Assembly: GCA_965644295.1 (NCBI GenBank)
Contig: CBFFRP010000406.1
Location: 310,001-374,000, forward strand
Source of the DNA: Paraphysomonas bandaiensis
Taxonomy: Eukaryota; Protista; Chrysophyceae
Direction of reading: 5' to 3'
DNA: 64,000 bases
Shown: in pieces, positions 13,640 through 26,000 of the stretch
Numbering within the stretch: position 1 is the first letter of the stretch
How the letters are laid out: every line of letters begins with the position of its first letter
The notes under the pieces: model-generated
Seen by the model: only the letters and a program-made list of their open reading frames with translations
Database searches by the model: none
What the model was told of the DNA's origin: nothing
Made by a program: the position numbers and the translations under genes

Positions 13640-14541
13640 AAATGATTTAACCTGGTAAACTTTTGTTTCACACTTAGTCGTAAGTTACTATAGCTACAAC
13701 ATTACGACTGACCAAGTAATATTAGTTGTTTGGAAAGCATGAAACAAGCATTCAATAAGAATTCATGTCTGTATACTGTATACGTAAGGTGACTTCGACA
13801 TACGTAATACAATAGTTTCAGGGCAATACGCATCAATATAAAGCCCAGAGTTCTTCAGCCTTGTTCATATTTAAGTTCTATGAATATTATCAATCATTCC
13901 TCCTCTCCTTTCTTTTTGTTTTTTGTTTGAGCATTCCTATGTCCGTAGAAAAAAGTGCTTTCAAAACACAAAGATTTTGATTCATATATCTATTAACTAT
14001 AATAATTTTATCTTTTCACAATATGTTCTAGCAGAAGCATATGAAGTAGAGAGATTGTAGTATAGAGATTGCAGTATACATTATACATTAGTGTTAAAAA
14101 CATAATAGCTGGCTATTACTTAAGTATATAACGTATAACGATGGATTCCTTAGAACTAGAATAATATTCTCACGAAGTGGAGATGCTATGTTCGTGAAAT
14201 ATCAACCATTGATCTGTGTTGGAGTGGCTGCAAATTTAATCGATTACATAGTGCCCCAATTACTTGCCAACTTTATTGTTACACAGCGTGGATACTATAT
14301 ATCTATATATATTATTGTAACGCACATCTATGAACAATGTGCACAAGTGGACCGTATACCGTATAATATTGAGTTTTGTTGAAGTACATGCCAATGTTTA
14401 TTCTAGAAAGGGATAATAATTATTGAACAATAATTAGTTTCGCCCATGACAACATGAGAGTACAATGACAGTATATATATGTCCATGTCATACTGACACA
14501 CGACTACAATTTTTCACTGTGCAACGTAAAGCATTGAAGTT

Positions 14542-16119
14542 TTAGTTTTTACCGGTTGGGATTCTGAATGACTTTAAAAACCGACCAAGATTGGAATGCA
14601 TCTCCATGTCGAGCTCTTCAGTACCAGTACCAGCAAGATCTGCCTCAGGAACACCGTTATAATCCTGGACAGCGGTTGTCGGAGCAGCTGAGGTAACCTC
14701 ATCTGTGGCATCAGCGGAATTGGGATTTGTTGCTTTCAAACTTTCTAAATCTTTGTATTGCTCAATCTCAGAGATCGCAGAGGCAGTGATGGGGAACCAA
14801 GTCGCCTTGGAGAATGAGGTAACGACCCAGCTGAAGTGAGCTAAGCCGGTCATCTCAGTAAAGAGACATACCTCCAGTGTCAAACGAGGACCAAAGCGGT
14901 TCATAAACAACCAAGCATCCTGGTTTCCCAGCAACTGGGCAGGAAGCTGTGCGAAGCAAAGTATGTTGAGAGCAGTTGGGAACCCCAGCTGAACAAATAC
15001 GAACCAAACACCGTCGTTAATTCCAAGGTGGGATATCGAAGGAAAGATTGTACATTGGTTAATAAGAAAAACAACGAAAATAACGAAAAATTGTCTTCCG
15101 ATCAAAAACCGACGGACATTTTTCTCGTAAGTAGCCCTCTTCATTAGAGAGTAGGCGCGGGGGTGAGTCTGAGCATACGGCTCTGGATCCTTCGCCTCTG
15201 CAACCAATATAGCAACTTGAAGTCCCTCAAGATGGGCGAGAAAGAGTATACAGCAACAGAAAACGATAAATACAGCAATGTGTGGAACAGGCAACACGGC
15301 CTGGCCAGTCCAAATGCCCCACATTAGGTAGGTCATGTATGTCAGGATAACGCAGCACGACACCACATATTTAGCTCCTTCCAAAGCATAGTCCTGAATT
15401 GTGAGCTCCTTCTGGTGTCTTTTCGGCTTCTGGTCAGTGATGAAAACAGTATGACGGAGAATAGTGATAAGCATCCAAGCAAAATGCGTGCAGATACCAG
15501 TGATTTCCAAACCATAACACAAGTACAGAGTAGAACAGGATCCATACAAGTTCATAAACTTCCAGGGATCCTTTGCTGCTAGCAACTGAGGCTGAAGTGA
15601 ACCAATGGTAGTTACAACCATTGCACCTGGAAGACCAGTTTGAATGAAAATGAACCAAATCACAGGCGGGATTCCCAATTGGGAAATCTCAGGAAAACTT
15701 GTTACTTGAGCCATAAGAGTCATCACGAACACTGTGAAGAACTGACGACCGACAAGAAATCTTTCCACATTATTCCCTTTCTTCACTGAACTGATTAACT
15801 CAAACGCACGAGGATGCGACTCGCGGTATTTCTCAGGATCTGTGTGCTCGACAGCTAGAATGGCCACTTGCAGACCCTCTAGATACGCCACAAGTGTCAT
15901 ACAGAAGAGAAAGATCAAGAAGTGGGCAATAGGAGGTCCAGGCAACACTGCTTGATTCGTCCATATGCCCCATAAGATATACACCACATAGGTCAGGGTA
16001 AGCCCGGACGATATGATGTATTTGATGTACGTGAAGATTATGTCCCATATTGTCTTCTGGGGAGTGCCAGAGTATGCATTCACATCATCTCCATTGGTCA
16101 CAACTGGCTGAGGACTCAT
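14542..16119 (-). CDS. SIT: Silicon transporter (SIT), full-length two-repeat form, intronless, 525 aa
   Basis: Two homologous membrane halves, each with LEGLQVAIL (EGXQ) and RFL(V/I)GRQFF (GRQ) motifs, which is the diagnostic SIT signature. Confidence 0.93.
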   Translation of the reverse strand: MSPQPVVTNGDDVNAYSGTPQKTIWDIIFTYIKYIISSGLTLTYVVYILWGIWTNQAVLPGPPIAHFLIFLFCMTLVAYLEGLQVAILAVEHTDPEKYRESHPRAFELISSVKKGNNVERFLVGRQFFTVFVMTLMAQVTSFPEISQLGIPPVIWFIFIQTGLPGAMVVTTIGSLQPQLLAAKDPWKFMNLYGSCSTLYLCYGLEITGICTHFAWMLITILRHTVFITDQKPKRHQKELTIQDYALEGAKYVVSCCVILTYMTYLMWGIWTGQAVLPVPHIAVFIVFCCCILFLAHLEGLQVAILVAEAKDPEPYAQTHPRAYSLMKRATYEKNVRRFLIGRQFFVIFVVFLINQCTIFPSISHLGINDGVWFVFVQLGFPTALNILCFAQLPAQLLGNQDAWLFMNRFGPRLTLEVCLFTEMTGLAHFSWVVTSFSKATWFPITASAISEIEQYKDLESLKATNPNSADATDEVTSAAPTTAVQDYNGVPEADLAGTGTEELDMEMHSNLGRFLKSFRIPTGKN

Positions 16120-16598
16120 TATGGAAGACTTCTGGTTATTGGTATCACTTCAACCGACACCAAGCAATAGAAACTGCCCTTTAATCGTATGTATGTACCA
16201 GCGAGCGAGAGATATTTTGATTCTCTGATGCACTTGAAATTTTCGTGTGTGGTGATGAGAGCAATCGAGATATTTCAAAAGAGTGTATGCGATATTTTTA
16301 TATGGAATTGCGGCCTCTAGAGAGTGTATGCGATTTTGAGGAATCTTGGACTACAGTGACGTACGCAGCAGTATACATCACAACGGTTATGCCACCCAAC
16401 AATGATACTCTGTATGAGTTTTTGACGACTGCCTGCACTGTACATATACACACTGTACATACATACATATGGATATATTTTTGTAGATTTCATACATATT
16501 TGAATTTTAAAAATAGTGAAGGCTCTTGCTGTGATGGCAGAGTGAGACACCCGGAGTGGATACTTTCAAGAAAATAGTAAAGTAAGGATTCGTCGAGT

Positions 16599-16850
16599 AT
16601 GGTAACATCATCTACCAGTGGTCGACGGGCAGGTGCCCCGAACTACAAGAAGGCAATTGTCTTGAATATAGTCAATGACATCCTTCCCTCTTCTAGTCTA
16701 GACTGGGTAACTGTGGCAGAGAGGTCAGATAGAAGTGCATACACTGAATATATCAATTGTACAGATATAAGATTGCTGCCCAAGAGACTGTTGATCGTGA
16801 AGGTCCTGATATGAAGAGATACTTCATCCAGAAATTGTGCAACAATGGGA
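16599..16850 (+). pseudogene. DUF6818-like (Myb/SANT-like) gene fragment broken by an inversion
   Basis: GRRAGAPNY..VLNIVNDILPSSSLDWVTVAER..RDCDREGPDMKRYFIQKLCNNG. The continuation RKPTG is found only on the opposite strand in the inverted copy. Confidence 0.55.
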
Positions 16851-16938
16851 CGAATACGATTGATACCACTCGTCCCACTGTTTCCAGTGGGCTTGCGCCC
16901 ATTGTTGCATAATTTCTGGATGAAGTATCTCTTCATAT
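16809..16938. repeat. 41-bp inverted repeat (fold-back) with internal 7-bp hairpin
   Basis: ATATGAAGAGATACTTCATCCAGAAATTGTGCAACAATGGG / CCCATTGTTGCATAATTTCTGGATGAAGTATCTCTTCATAT (1 mismatch). The loop contains CCCACTG-TTTC-CAGTGGG. Confidence 0.9.
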
Positions 16939-18393
16939 ATATAGCTTAAGCTCTATAAACAGTTTATGCATATAGGATAGTTTGTACAAGTAGGCCGGAG
17001 GTGTCTTCTAAAATAACATAAATCTGCATAAATCCATGTGTTTATGCAGCCTATTTTATGCAGATTTATGTATTTGCGTAATTTAGGTAGTCACCCACTA
17101 ATAACGCCCACCTCGTGTACATTTTCCATCGTATCTTCATCACTGTGGTCTGGAATAGTCTGTGCTGTGTTTGAAACAATGTAAAGAGAAAAGAGTGACG
17201 TATTAAAGATATTATCATATCTACCTGTGCACAGTAGCAGATAAGCAATACCTAGGCCACACACTACCTAGATAAATGGTAAAAAAGTAATGCATGAAAC
17301 AACACTAAGTCACACTAGAAAAACACTGTAGAATCTATTGGCAACCGACAAACACCTGTTGAGTTCTGCTATATGAGAGCAATTGAAAGCTGTAGTTATA
17401 AGGTATTTAAATTACTGTATTATACAGTTGTAGTCTTGTTAATCGTATTATGAGAAGTGATATCATGACGATGTAAGATCGTACTAGAAATGAGTGGTAG
17501 TAGAGATGACGTGATATATTGCTTATTATATTTATTATAATCTTCTCTTATCTTAACTTGATTAATGAGTGAATACACGTCCAGTTAACTTAGTAAATCA
17601 TCCAATTGTGTCATAACATGACAACACCAAACTGATCCTGAATTGATGTGGAGAAACCAGTGACAGAGAAAGAGTCTTCTATTCTACGTGGAGTGTGGAG
17701 TAAACAACATATCTTCAGATATGCTATGACAAAATATCATATGACAAAATATGCATTCAACCTTCATTGAGAAGAAATCACCTTAGACTGCTTAGGAAAG
17801 CCGATTATTGTTCTGGTGTAGAAGTAAGGTCGACGTAAAGCAGTGAAGAATATTGAAGAGATATATGCTACCAACATTTGAATATGCTGGTTACTGAAAG
17901 TGACTTTAGAAATTTTGCAACGTGCATTCACGAAATCTGAAACTTTACTTATTTATTTACTTTCTTGCTAATTTCTTTTTAGCTTCACTATTACTACTTA
18001 CGATATACACAACGTCGTAAGCCCAGTAGTTACCCGAACGATATATATTACCCAGTATATATATCTGTCTTCTGTCTATACCGGAGTATTAATTATCTAC
18101 CTTTTTATCCAGTGTCTTTTGCATAATATCACTTCTTCAGACCACAATTAGCAATGACATACACTTACATTTCTATGTACATTTCATACCTAATGTAATT
18201 AAGAATGACCTCAAAGCAACAATATTGCACTTCAGTCATATAGTACTCAGTAGTAAAATAAATCTTGTTGAGTTATACACAGTGACAGTGGAATAAATGA
18301 TTAGTCAGATATAAAATTAATACCATAGAGGATGATATCACCGATAAGCCAGTCATGCAAATATTGCAACTTTTCACCTGTCACATAAATTAC

Positions 18394-19434
18394 TCATGTT
18401 ATAACTAGGGATCTTGGTTTCGCATTGTAAATTGGGGCATATGTATTATACAGCTTCTCCAGTGCGGCAACATAAATATCCATACATTTCTCGACATCTT
18501 TATCCGTTGGGTTTTCAATATGTGGGAGGTGTATTGGCTCTCCCATAACCGTTGTCACACCTTTACTTCGAAGTCGGGTGGTGCTATATACAAGTGGTAA
18601 GGATATACCAAAGGTTTTCTGAAATGAATTTCTAAGGTAGGGAAGGAAGGGTATCTTCGCAACTACATCGAATGGAACTTGAGTAAAATAATCCACTTCG
18701 TTAAACGAATAGCAAGGCACAACTGGTACGCCATAACGTATAGCTAGGCGAAGAAACCCAAGTTTCCGCTTGAGGTCCAGCCAATCCACATCGGGATTAC
18801 AATAAAGGCCTTCACGTGCCCCACCTGGCACCACGAATACACTCCAGCCCTTCGCCAGCCACCGTTCGGCATTGAACCGCGAGCAGTCGAGAACACCTGC
18901 AGCGACTAAAATATCCCTGAATCCTGGTACTAAAAAGCAAGATGATGCAGCTATAACTATTCTGGATTCTGAAAGAGCAGGAAAATGCCTGGAGAAATTG
19001 GAAGTTTCGCTGGCAATATTGGCAATAGTTCCGAAAGGAATAATTCCATGGGGATGAATTCCAACGATACATTGACTATCAATGCTTTTCGTAGGATGCA
19101 ACTTGCAATTGAAGTATGACTTAAAAATTTCACCAATAAATGACGAACGAAATCTTCGGCTAATGCGATGACCATAATACTCAGAAAGGTCACAGTAAAA
19201 CGGAAGATAACACAACATTGCCACAGCACAAGACCATGATATTTGAGACACTGGTAACCAGGCTAGTGAAAAAAAGTAAAGTCGTATAGCTGCTAAGAAT
19301 ATGGAGGATTGTGGCCCTCGCCCTCGCAGGAAACCAAAGTGCTTGCACGCAGCCAGACCGCACAGAGTATAGCTTGTATACAGTAACGGAAATAACTCCG
19401 TTATTCTCGACCTCGTCTGCCAGGAAAGGGACAT
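18394..19434 (-). CDS. DGAT2: Diacylglycerol/monoacylglycerol O-acyltransferase, DGAT2 family
   Basis: HPHG catalytic motif, VPGGARE, RKLGFLRLAIRYGVPVVP, VMGEPI and N-terminal TM segments. Intronless, 346 aa. Confidence 0.9.
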   Translation of the reverse strand: MSLSWQTRSRITELFPLLYTSYTLCGLAACKHFGFLRGRGPQSSIFLAAIRLYFFSLAWLPVSQISWSCAVAMLCYLPFYCDLSEYYGHRISRRFRSSFIGEIFKSYFNCKLHPTKSIDSQCIVGIHPHGIIPFGTIANIASETSNFSRHFPALSESRIVIAASSCFLVPGFRDILVAAGVLDCSRFNAERWLAKGWSVFVVPGGAREGLYCNPDVDWLDLKRKLGFLRLAIRYGVPVVPCYSFNEVDYFTQVPFDVVAKIPFLPYLRNSFQKTFGISLPLVYSTTRLRSKGVTTVMGEPIHLPHIENPTDKDVEKCMDIYVAALEKLYNTYAPIYNAKPRSLVIT

Positions 19435-19802
19435 TACTATGCTAGTTAGCAGATGGAGTGAGCTATCACACTGCTATGACATGCATGTATAGTCTACGGA
19501 GATGGAGGTGTGGAGGAGATTATTTGACGCAACGACCGGGAGGAGGAGCGAGATATTTAACAGATACAAACATCCGTATCACGGGCCTCAGTCCGTTTCA
19601 GAGTATTAACATCCGTTCCGACATCGAAAGTGTATATGAATATATTCCGTGAACACCTGAAAACACTGAATTTTCAGCATCCAGTCCTCAGAAAATCAGC
19701 ATAATCATGGTACAGTGTGTTAAGTACCCGCACAGTGAGTTCCTGTGCATATATCCATCCTACCCAAAGAAGCTCCAACTCCTACCCTGGAAGTATTGCC
19801 TG

Positions 19803-22645
19803 ATGCCATCACTCCGTAATATTTTCTACATCCTCTCCTTGTGGTCATACACAGAGGTGTGGAGCACCTTGATAGATCGCGTGGTGTTGGATATGGGGGA
19901 CAATATAGGGGCTCATGTTGCACTCAAATTAAGACAATACATCACAAGCACCAGCGTCGAGGTACTGGATATGAGCTCCATGTGTGGGGCAGATGAGGAC
20001 GCGTTGTTTACTCCGTCGTCAGTGTTGGTTGCTCTGGGCAACTCTTCCACTAGTGGCTCGTATATATCTGCAGATGCGCTCAATGATGTCCCCTATGAGG
20101 GGTTTATAGTTAAACGCACTCTCTCCTATCGTGGTACACCGGTCATTGCATGTAATGGACGGCCTTTTGCCGGCGATATGCATCCGAATGCCTCCGTTAG
20201 TAAGGAGGATATCCACTATGGCGCTGTGACTGGTGCCTATTATGTGATGGAGATGCTTGGCTTTGGATTCTTGCATCCACTTTCAGTACATGTACCCACT
20301 AAACTAACAGTCAACATGACGGCTCACAAGATGCAGGAAATTCATACTGAGTTTCCTCGATGGCCGGAACGCAATTTCCATGTCCATACCCAGCATCCGT
20401 TGGAGTTGAATGAGGTGTTGCAAGGAATGGACGTTCCTATGGGCGGTCCACTTCTACCCAATTGTAAAGACTATCACGCTACTGCCGACCCTGGGCAACA
20501 TGAAGGTATATACTGTGAGCGATGGGAAGACATGGTGGCGGATGTGGATGCGTTCTTCCAGTGGGCTGTCGCCAATCGTCTCAATAAAGTCGAATGGATG
20601 CTTCTAGGAAATTACAAGTGGGGCTCGTTCGACTCATCGGATATGCGTCAGAAGCGCCTTCGTGTTTTAACGAGTCTTGGGCATCAGTATGGCTTGCTTG
20701 TAGGAGCTGATGTGACTCTCGGTAACACTCAACAACATGCGTGGTACATGGTGAATCCCAGACTACCGTTTCACAAACAAGTGAAACAAATCCACAAACG
20801 AGTGGATTGGGTGTTTGAAGCTGGATTTGATTTTCTTACGACGGAATCAGGCATGAGCGAATTCACGCATCCAGATTGTAAGAATCCATCACACCAATGT
20901 AACGCGTTTAATGGATAACTGCTATTTATATGTACCAAATTACATGTGTTCTCATGTGACATGCTCTGTGACTAATGATCGAGGACAGGTTCTCTTATGC
21001 TAGATCTTCTCAACGAGTATGCGACGTATGTCAACATTACATGGGGGCGTGAAGCCGCTGTCAAAGTACACTGCTCAACTGGACAGGTGAGTGTATTATG
21101 TATTCACGTACCTAACATTTATTTATGGGATCTACTGTTTATGTTCATAGACCTGTCAGGATGTGGTTGACCCGCGAACCGGTGATCCCATCAACTTTAA
21201 CTTTCTCCCATACCACGCTCACTCCGCTCTGGGTGTAATGCCACACACTGTACAGGTGTAAAACGTCAATCATCACTTAAAGTCTGCTTATAACGTGCAG
21301 GTATATGGTCTGGACGACCCTATTGGAGGTTCATATGGAAATAGGAACTTCCGGGAGATGGAAGAGTATATGTACCTAGAAGCCGCCACAGGTAACCGCT
21401 CCGTTGTATACTACGGCGAGACTGCGTATTGGTAAGTTTATGGCTCATCTCCGTATTTTCGATCATATGTGTTTCAGGGTTAGTGTTGACATTGATGTAC
21501 CCCTTTTTCTGCCCTTGTATGGACAGCGGCGACTGCACGATCTGCGCCGCATTGCTCGAACAGAGGAAGAAAGAGGGTTCCGTATACAGGGACAGATGAA
21601 TTTTGACTCTGGATGGGAATGGGGATACTGGCTAAACGATGTTATCACTGCCCGAAGTTCGTGGAACCCTCAATTGGAGGCGGAGGATGACTGGGCGGCC
21701 ATGGAAACTTCTTTAGAACCCTTCACTCGGATTCTTGGTCCAAGGATAGGACATCTGGTGAAGAACTTTCTGGTAGAGTTGACTCGATCGCAGTTAGACC
21801 TTCTGGTGTTCGGCCGCGTGAACTGTTCAGACAATAGAGAGTACAACGATAAGTTGAGTGGGATCGCATACTTATCGGGATCTGATACATACTATGATAT
21901 TCCTCGAATGTTCGGGCTTAAATTTACTCAGCCGGATAAAGTACACATGGATGAGGTGGGACATCCACTCTATGGGGCAGCGCTGGAGCTACTCCGAGCC
22001 ATGGAGGAAAGGTTTACACAGGCACACAAGCAGATAAAGGATATATTGCTACTTGCAATGCAAGAGATTCAGATGGAAAAAGACAAGTACGACCAGCAGT
22101 TAGATAGGGGAGGGTATATGTTATTAGAGGAGGTACGAGATGCAGTGGAGTTACTTGCTATGAGGGCGAGACATGTGCGTCTATTGTACGAGTCCAGAGC
22201 TGCAGATGCCTCAATGTCTCATGATGAGTCTGCCTTCCTTCAAGGTCAAGCCAGATCTTTACTGGGGGAAGCATCGGAGGTAGTACGTCGCAGAGAGGCG
22301 GCCTACAGGGTACCATGGCAGCGAATTGCGTCATGGAGAGAAAACCCTACTGTGTATAGGTTCGGATATCTATGGGCTGTGCACAGTCTCTACTACTGGT
22401 GGAGAGACCAAGGGCTGTCTGAAAGGGGTTCGCTGCAGAGTCAAATGAGTCCATGCTACCTCAATAGGATGGATGCATCTGAAGTTGCTGTGGGTTGGGG
22501 AAAGAAGGCACTGGAAATATTGAGGTACTTGATTAATACGTATTCACCATTCTCACCTGGGTATCCCTTGGAGATTGTTAATTGCATTGCCCCTCCTTCG
22601 AAGGAATACACATTTCCTCGGGACCTCTTTCATCATCACTTCTAG
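19803..22645 (+). CDS. Large secreted protein of unknown function (~850 aa, ~6 exons)
   Basis: Signal-peptide-like start MPSLRNIFYILSLWSYTEVWS. Exons linked by GT-AG introns contain RNFHVHTQHPLEL, KVHCSTGQ, PHTVQ, YYGETAYW and GWEWGYW. Confidence 0.75.
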
Positions 22646-23191
22646 AGTGTACAGTCGGCATAGGTGGTTATAGAGCTTTGTATAATATTAATTGTACTAT
22701 ATAAGTTGTACAGCGGAAAAATGAAAAGGATTATAGCATCGGTACACGGTACCATTACTTCTAACCGTAAGAGATGTGTAACGACATTAAAATGTTAAAA
22801 AGTGCTATTCATTTCCTAATTGATGAATACTTTTCCTGCCACTGCTAAGCGATGATGCAAAGTTACGCTTGTAGTTAAAAACCAGTTGTATGTCATGCGC
22901 ATTTCTACTTGCAATTTAATGCGATAGGGCCTACGCAAATTCAGATGTCTTATTACTTCATCACGTAACCAAACAGCGAAACATATCGTAATATAACTGG
23001 GTAAGCCAATATGTCATAAAATATATCGACACACCACGGGAAACATTGTAAAATGTATATCATATATTCACAGATATGAAACCTACGGCGGATTGTAGGT
23101 TTACTAGAAATACACCAAAGTTTAGTATATATAAGAAGCGAAGATGTTGAAATAGTAGTACGTCTAACTCTTAATAAACATGCGTCTTAAT

Positions 23192-24349
23192 TTATACAGG
23201 CTCTGATGAGCTGTCCATATCTTCGTCACATTCATCGGGAATATCACACTCGGGAAGCTCAGGAAACACACGTACTGGTGAATGGGATTTCGTATTTGTA
23301 GATGTAGTCATACGGGAAGTATCTGAAGAATACGATGGTGAGAAGTTACCGGCATGCTGTCGCTGTACAAAAGGCAGACTATTGGTCATATCAATTGACT
23401 GTCGAAGAATAAAATCATCTCCCCGGGTGAGGTACTCAATGTGCAAGCGTGCTTTATCAAGACAACTGGATAACTTGCGCTGGCATATTCGCATATTCGT
23501 TGTTACGACAATAATAGCAATCCAGAAAATAAAGATGCTTACAGAGACAGCGCAGACGGACGCTACACCAGAGGATATCCCTTCTCCAGACCCCTGTATT
23601 GCAAATGAAAGTGATGCCGCCGCACTGCTAGTGTACATAGTGCTGCAGAGGAATATCATAGTGCACACGCATGAAGCGAGTCTCAAGTATTCTTTCTGTG
23701 GATAGAGTGGAAATACTCTGAATAGCATCCAGAAACACAAAATGAATGACACACTGGCCAGTACACTGGATGTAGCGAGAAGGGCGTAGTCCCAATGTAC
23801 AACTAAATAGTCGGTGAAAAACGATAACACAATAAATTTAATCAAACAGATCCCACCACCAGTAAATATTCCTGCAGCAACAATACGTATTGTATCCCGA
23901 AATACTGCCATACGCCATATTACCCAGCGATTCTGAATCTTTTCCATTGCAAGTTTGGAGCAGATGGCTATGACATCTGCATACACTTCCCGCTTATCTT
24001 TTACATAAATTTTATCGGAAGACGCCAAACCCAACCCCGCACCAGCAACACAAATATAACACACCGGCATGAGTAATAACACACTCCAGTCTAGCCGTAT
24101 ATCCGTCACTCCCAGCCCTCCACTGAGCAATGAGATAGAGTGCATAGTCATGATATCACAAGTCCATATCATCCCTACTCCAACACACAGTGTCATTAGG
24201 ATCATATAGACCACACTGTTGCAGCCTGTCTGCTCCAATCTTCTGCATTCTCTGTGTTGGTTAGATAAGCAGATAACAGTATAGGAGCCTATAAGAACAA
24301 CACCCATAGGCGCTAACAGGCACTCCACTAACCATATATTGATTATCAT
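23192..24349 (-). CDS. MHYT-like integral membrane sensor-domain protein with degenerate motifs
   Basis: Three TM hairpin repeats: GVGMIWTCDIMTM, GGGICLIKFIVL and FLCSTMYTSSAA, with the linkers LDW..LL and WDY.LLA.S at the positions of MHYT-repeat linkers. Intronless. Confidence 0.6.
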   Translation of the reverse strand: MIINIWLVECLLAPMGVVLIGSYTVICLSNQHRECRRLEQTGCNSVVYMILMTLCVGVGMIWTCDIMTMHSISLLSGGLGVTDIRLDWSVLLLMPVCYICVAGAGLGLASSDKIYVKDKREVYADVIAICSKLAMEKIQNRWVIWRMAVFRDTIRIVAAGIFTGGGICLIKFIVLSFFTDYLVVHWDYALLATSSVLASVSFILCFWMLFRVFPLYPQKEYLRLASCVCTMIFLCSTMYTSSAAASLSFAIQGSGEGISSGVASVCAVSVSIFIFWIAIIVVTTNMRICQRKLSSCLDKARLHIEYLTRGDDFILRQSIDMTNSLPFVQRQHAGNFSPSYSSDTSRMTTSTNTKSHSPVRVFPELPECDIPDECDEDMDSSSEPV

Positions 24350-25054
24350 GGTATGATACTTTAATATGCTATTGCTCTATACTGACACACTCTGATATCA
24401 ACACCTAGAAGATATGCATGCATGTATACTGGTGTAGTAGTATACGGTGTAGTGTCTGGCTGTATACCGACACTGCGGTGCCCTGGCAACACTCCTACTG
24501 CTAGTTCCCTACCTCTACACCCCACACCCACACCCACACCCTACACTGACTGCTAGAGATACATACGACGAGATCAGATACGAGGGTTCACAAGTTGGGA
24601 TGAGTGGCTCTAATAGGACTGCTTGCATGGATATGTCACTCTCTAGATGCAGCAGCACCGATTAGGTAGCTCATACATAGATCCAGGTGTATACATGGGC
24701 TGCAGGTGTGTGTATATGATCGTATGAGTGTAGCTGTCTCATAGATACACGCCCATAGATGGAGGATATGGACTACACCTTCCGTATTCTCTTGTATTTT
24801 TTGTATTCCTGCATTCCTGACTTCGTGTGATGGTATACAGTACTGTACGATCGTAATACGTGCTGCAGTCAGCAGTTGTGCATGCGGCAGGATTCGCTGC
24901 AGGGTCGACTGCAGGCAGCATAGTGACTAAAGAACAGGCAGAGCTAGAAGTCTCCATGCATCTCACATGGTCTGAATGAGATGTAGCACTCACGCCATGT
25001 AATTCAAGTCACGATAGTGTTATTCAGCGTATAGATATCCTCTTATAGTGAAAT

Positions 25055-26000
25055 ATGAGCGAAATATATTTCTCTCAGACGAGAAAGAAGAGAGATGGAC
25101 AGGAACTGTTCAATGTTTCCGGCGAGAAGTTTGCACTTCTAAATGAAGTGATCGATAAAAACGCCAGAAAGATTAAAGAGCGCGATGAGAAGAAGAAGCC
25201 GGTTAATTATGCAGTCAGAAGAGTCAATGAGCTCCTTGAGCAAAAGAAGAGTGAGAATGTTCGCCGACGGTTGTACGACTCGCCCATGTCACTGGCCACT
25301 AAGATGGCAATATATGGTGACGAATATCATCTTAGGAAAGAGTTGGACAGAGGATACCCATTTAATTTTCGTGATGCAACGGTATATGCGTTTATACGTC
25401 ATTTGTTTTTCTAATGTTTCCTAGACTGGCCGTACCCTACTTCACGAAGCAGCAGTGAATGGACATCTTCATCTAGTACGTATGCTATGTCGAGAATACA
25501 AGGCCAAAACTAATGTATACACTATTATGGTGAGTAATTAAGTTGTCATACCAGACTGCGGTATAAATATATTCCCATAGGGCCTCGTGACGCCATTGCA
25601 CTTGTCAGTTGCGAAGAACTACAGAATGATATCGGTTATTCTCTGCCAAAATGGTGCTCATACTAATTGCAAAAACATTCAAGGCTGCACTCCACTTCAT
25701 TATGTTAAGTCAAAGACCATTTTGAAAGTAGAGTTATATATTTGTGATGCATACATTGTAATGCTTTTCGCATAGGTGCTACTTCGGTACGGTGCCGATC
25801 CATTGATTCGGAATAAAGACGGTCTCACCCCTCGTGAGCACTACTTAAAGTACACCGAAGTGATTGACCAAGATCCACAAATAGCGAAGAAGTTACTTCA
25901 AGTAGAAGAAGAACACGTAAGAGCGCAATTTTCTGAGGAAATACAGCGGCTGCAAGCCGCAAACGCCGACAAAAGAGGCTCTGATGTTGCAATTTATTAA
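25055..26000 (+). CDS. Ankyrin-repeat protein, 4 exons
   Basis: TGRTLLHEAAVNGHLHLVRMLC, TPLHLSVAKNY, GCTPLHY and LLRYGADPLIRNKDGLTP. Confidence 0.88.

Noticed and set aside
17011-17075. CATAAATCTGCATAAA / TTTATGCAGATTTATG inverted repeat as a terminator or ncRNA
   Set aside because: AT-rich and isolated. More likely a decayed transposon subterminal repeat, with no partner end or TSD found.
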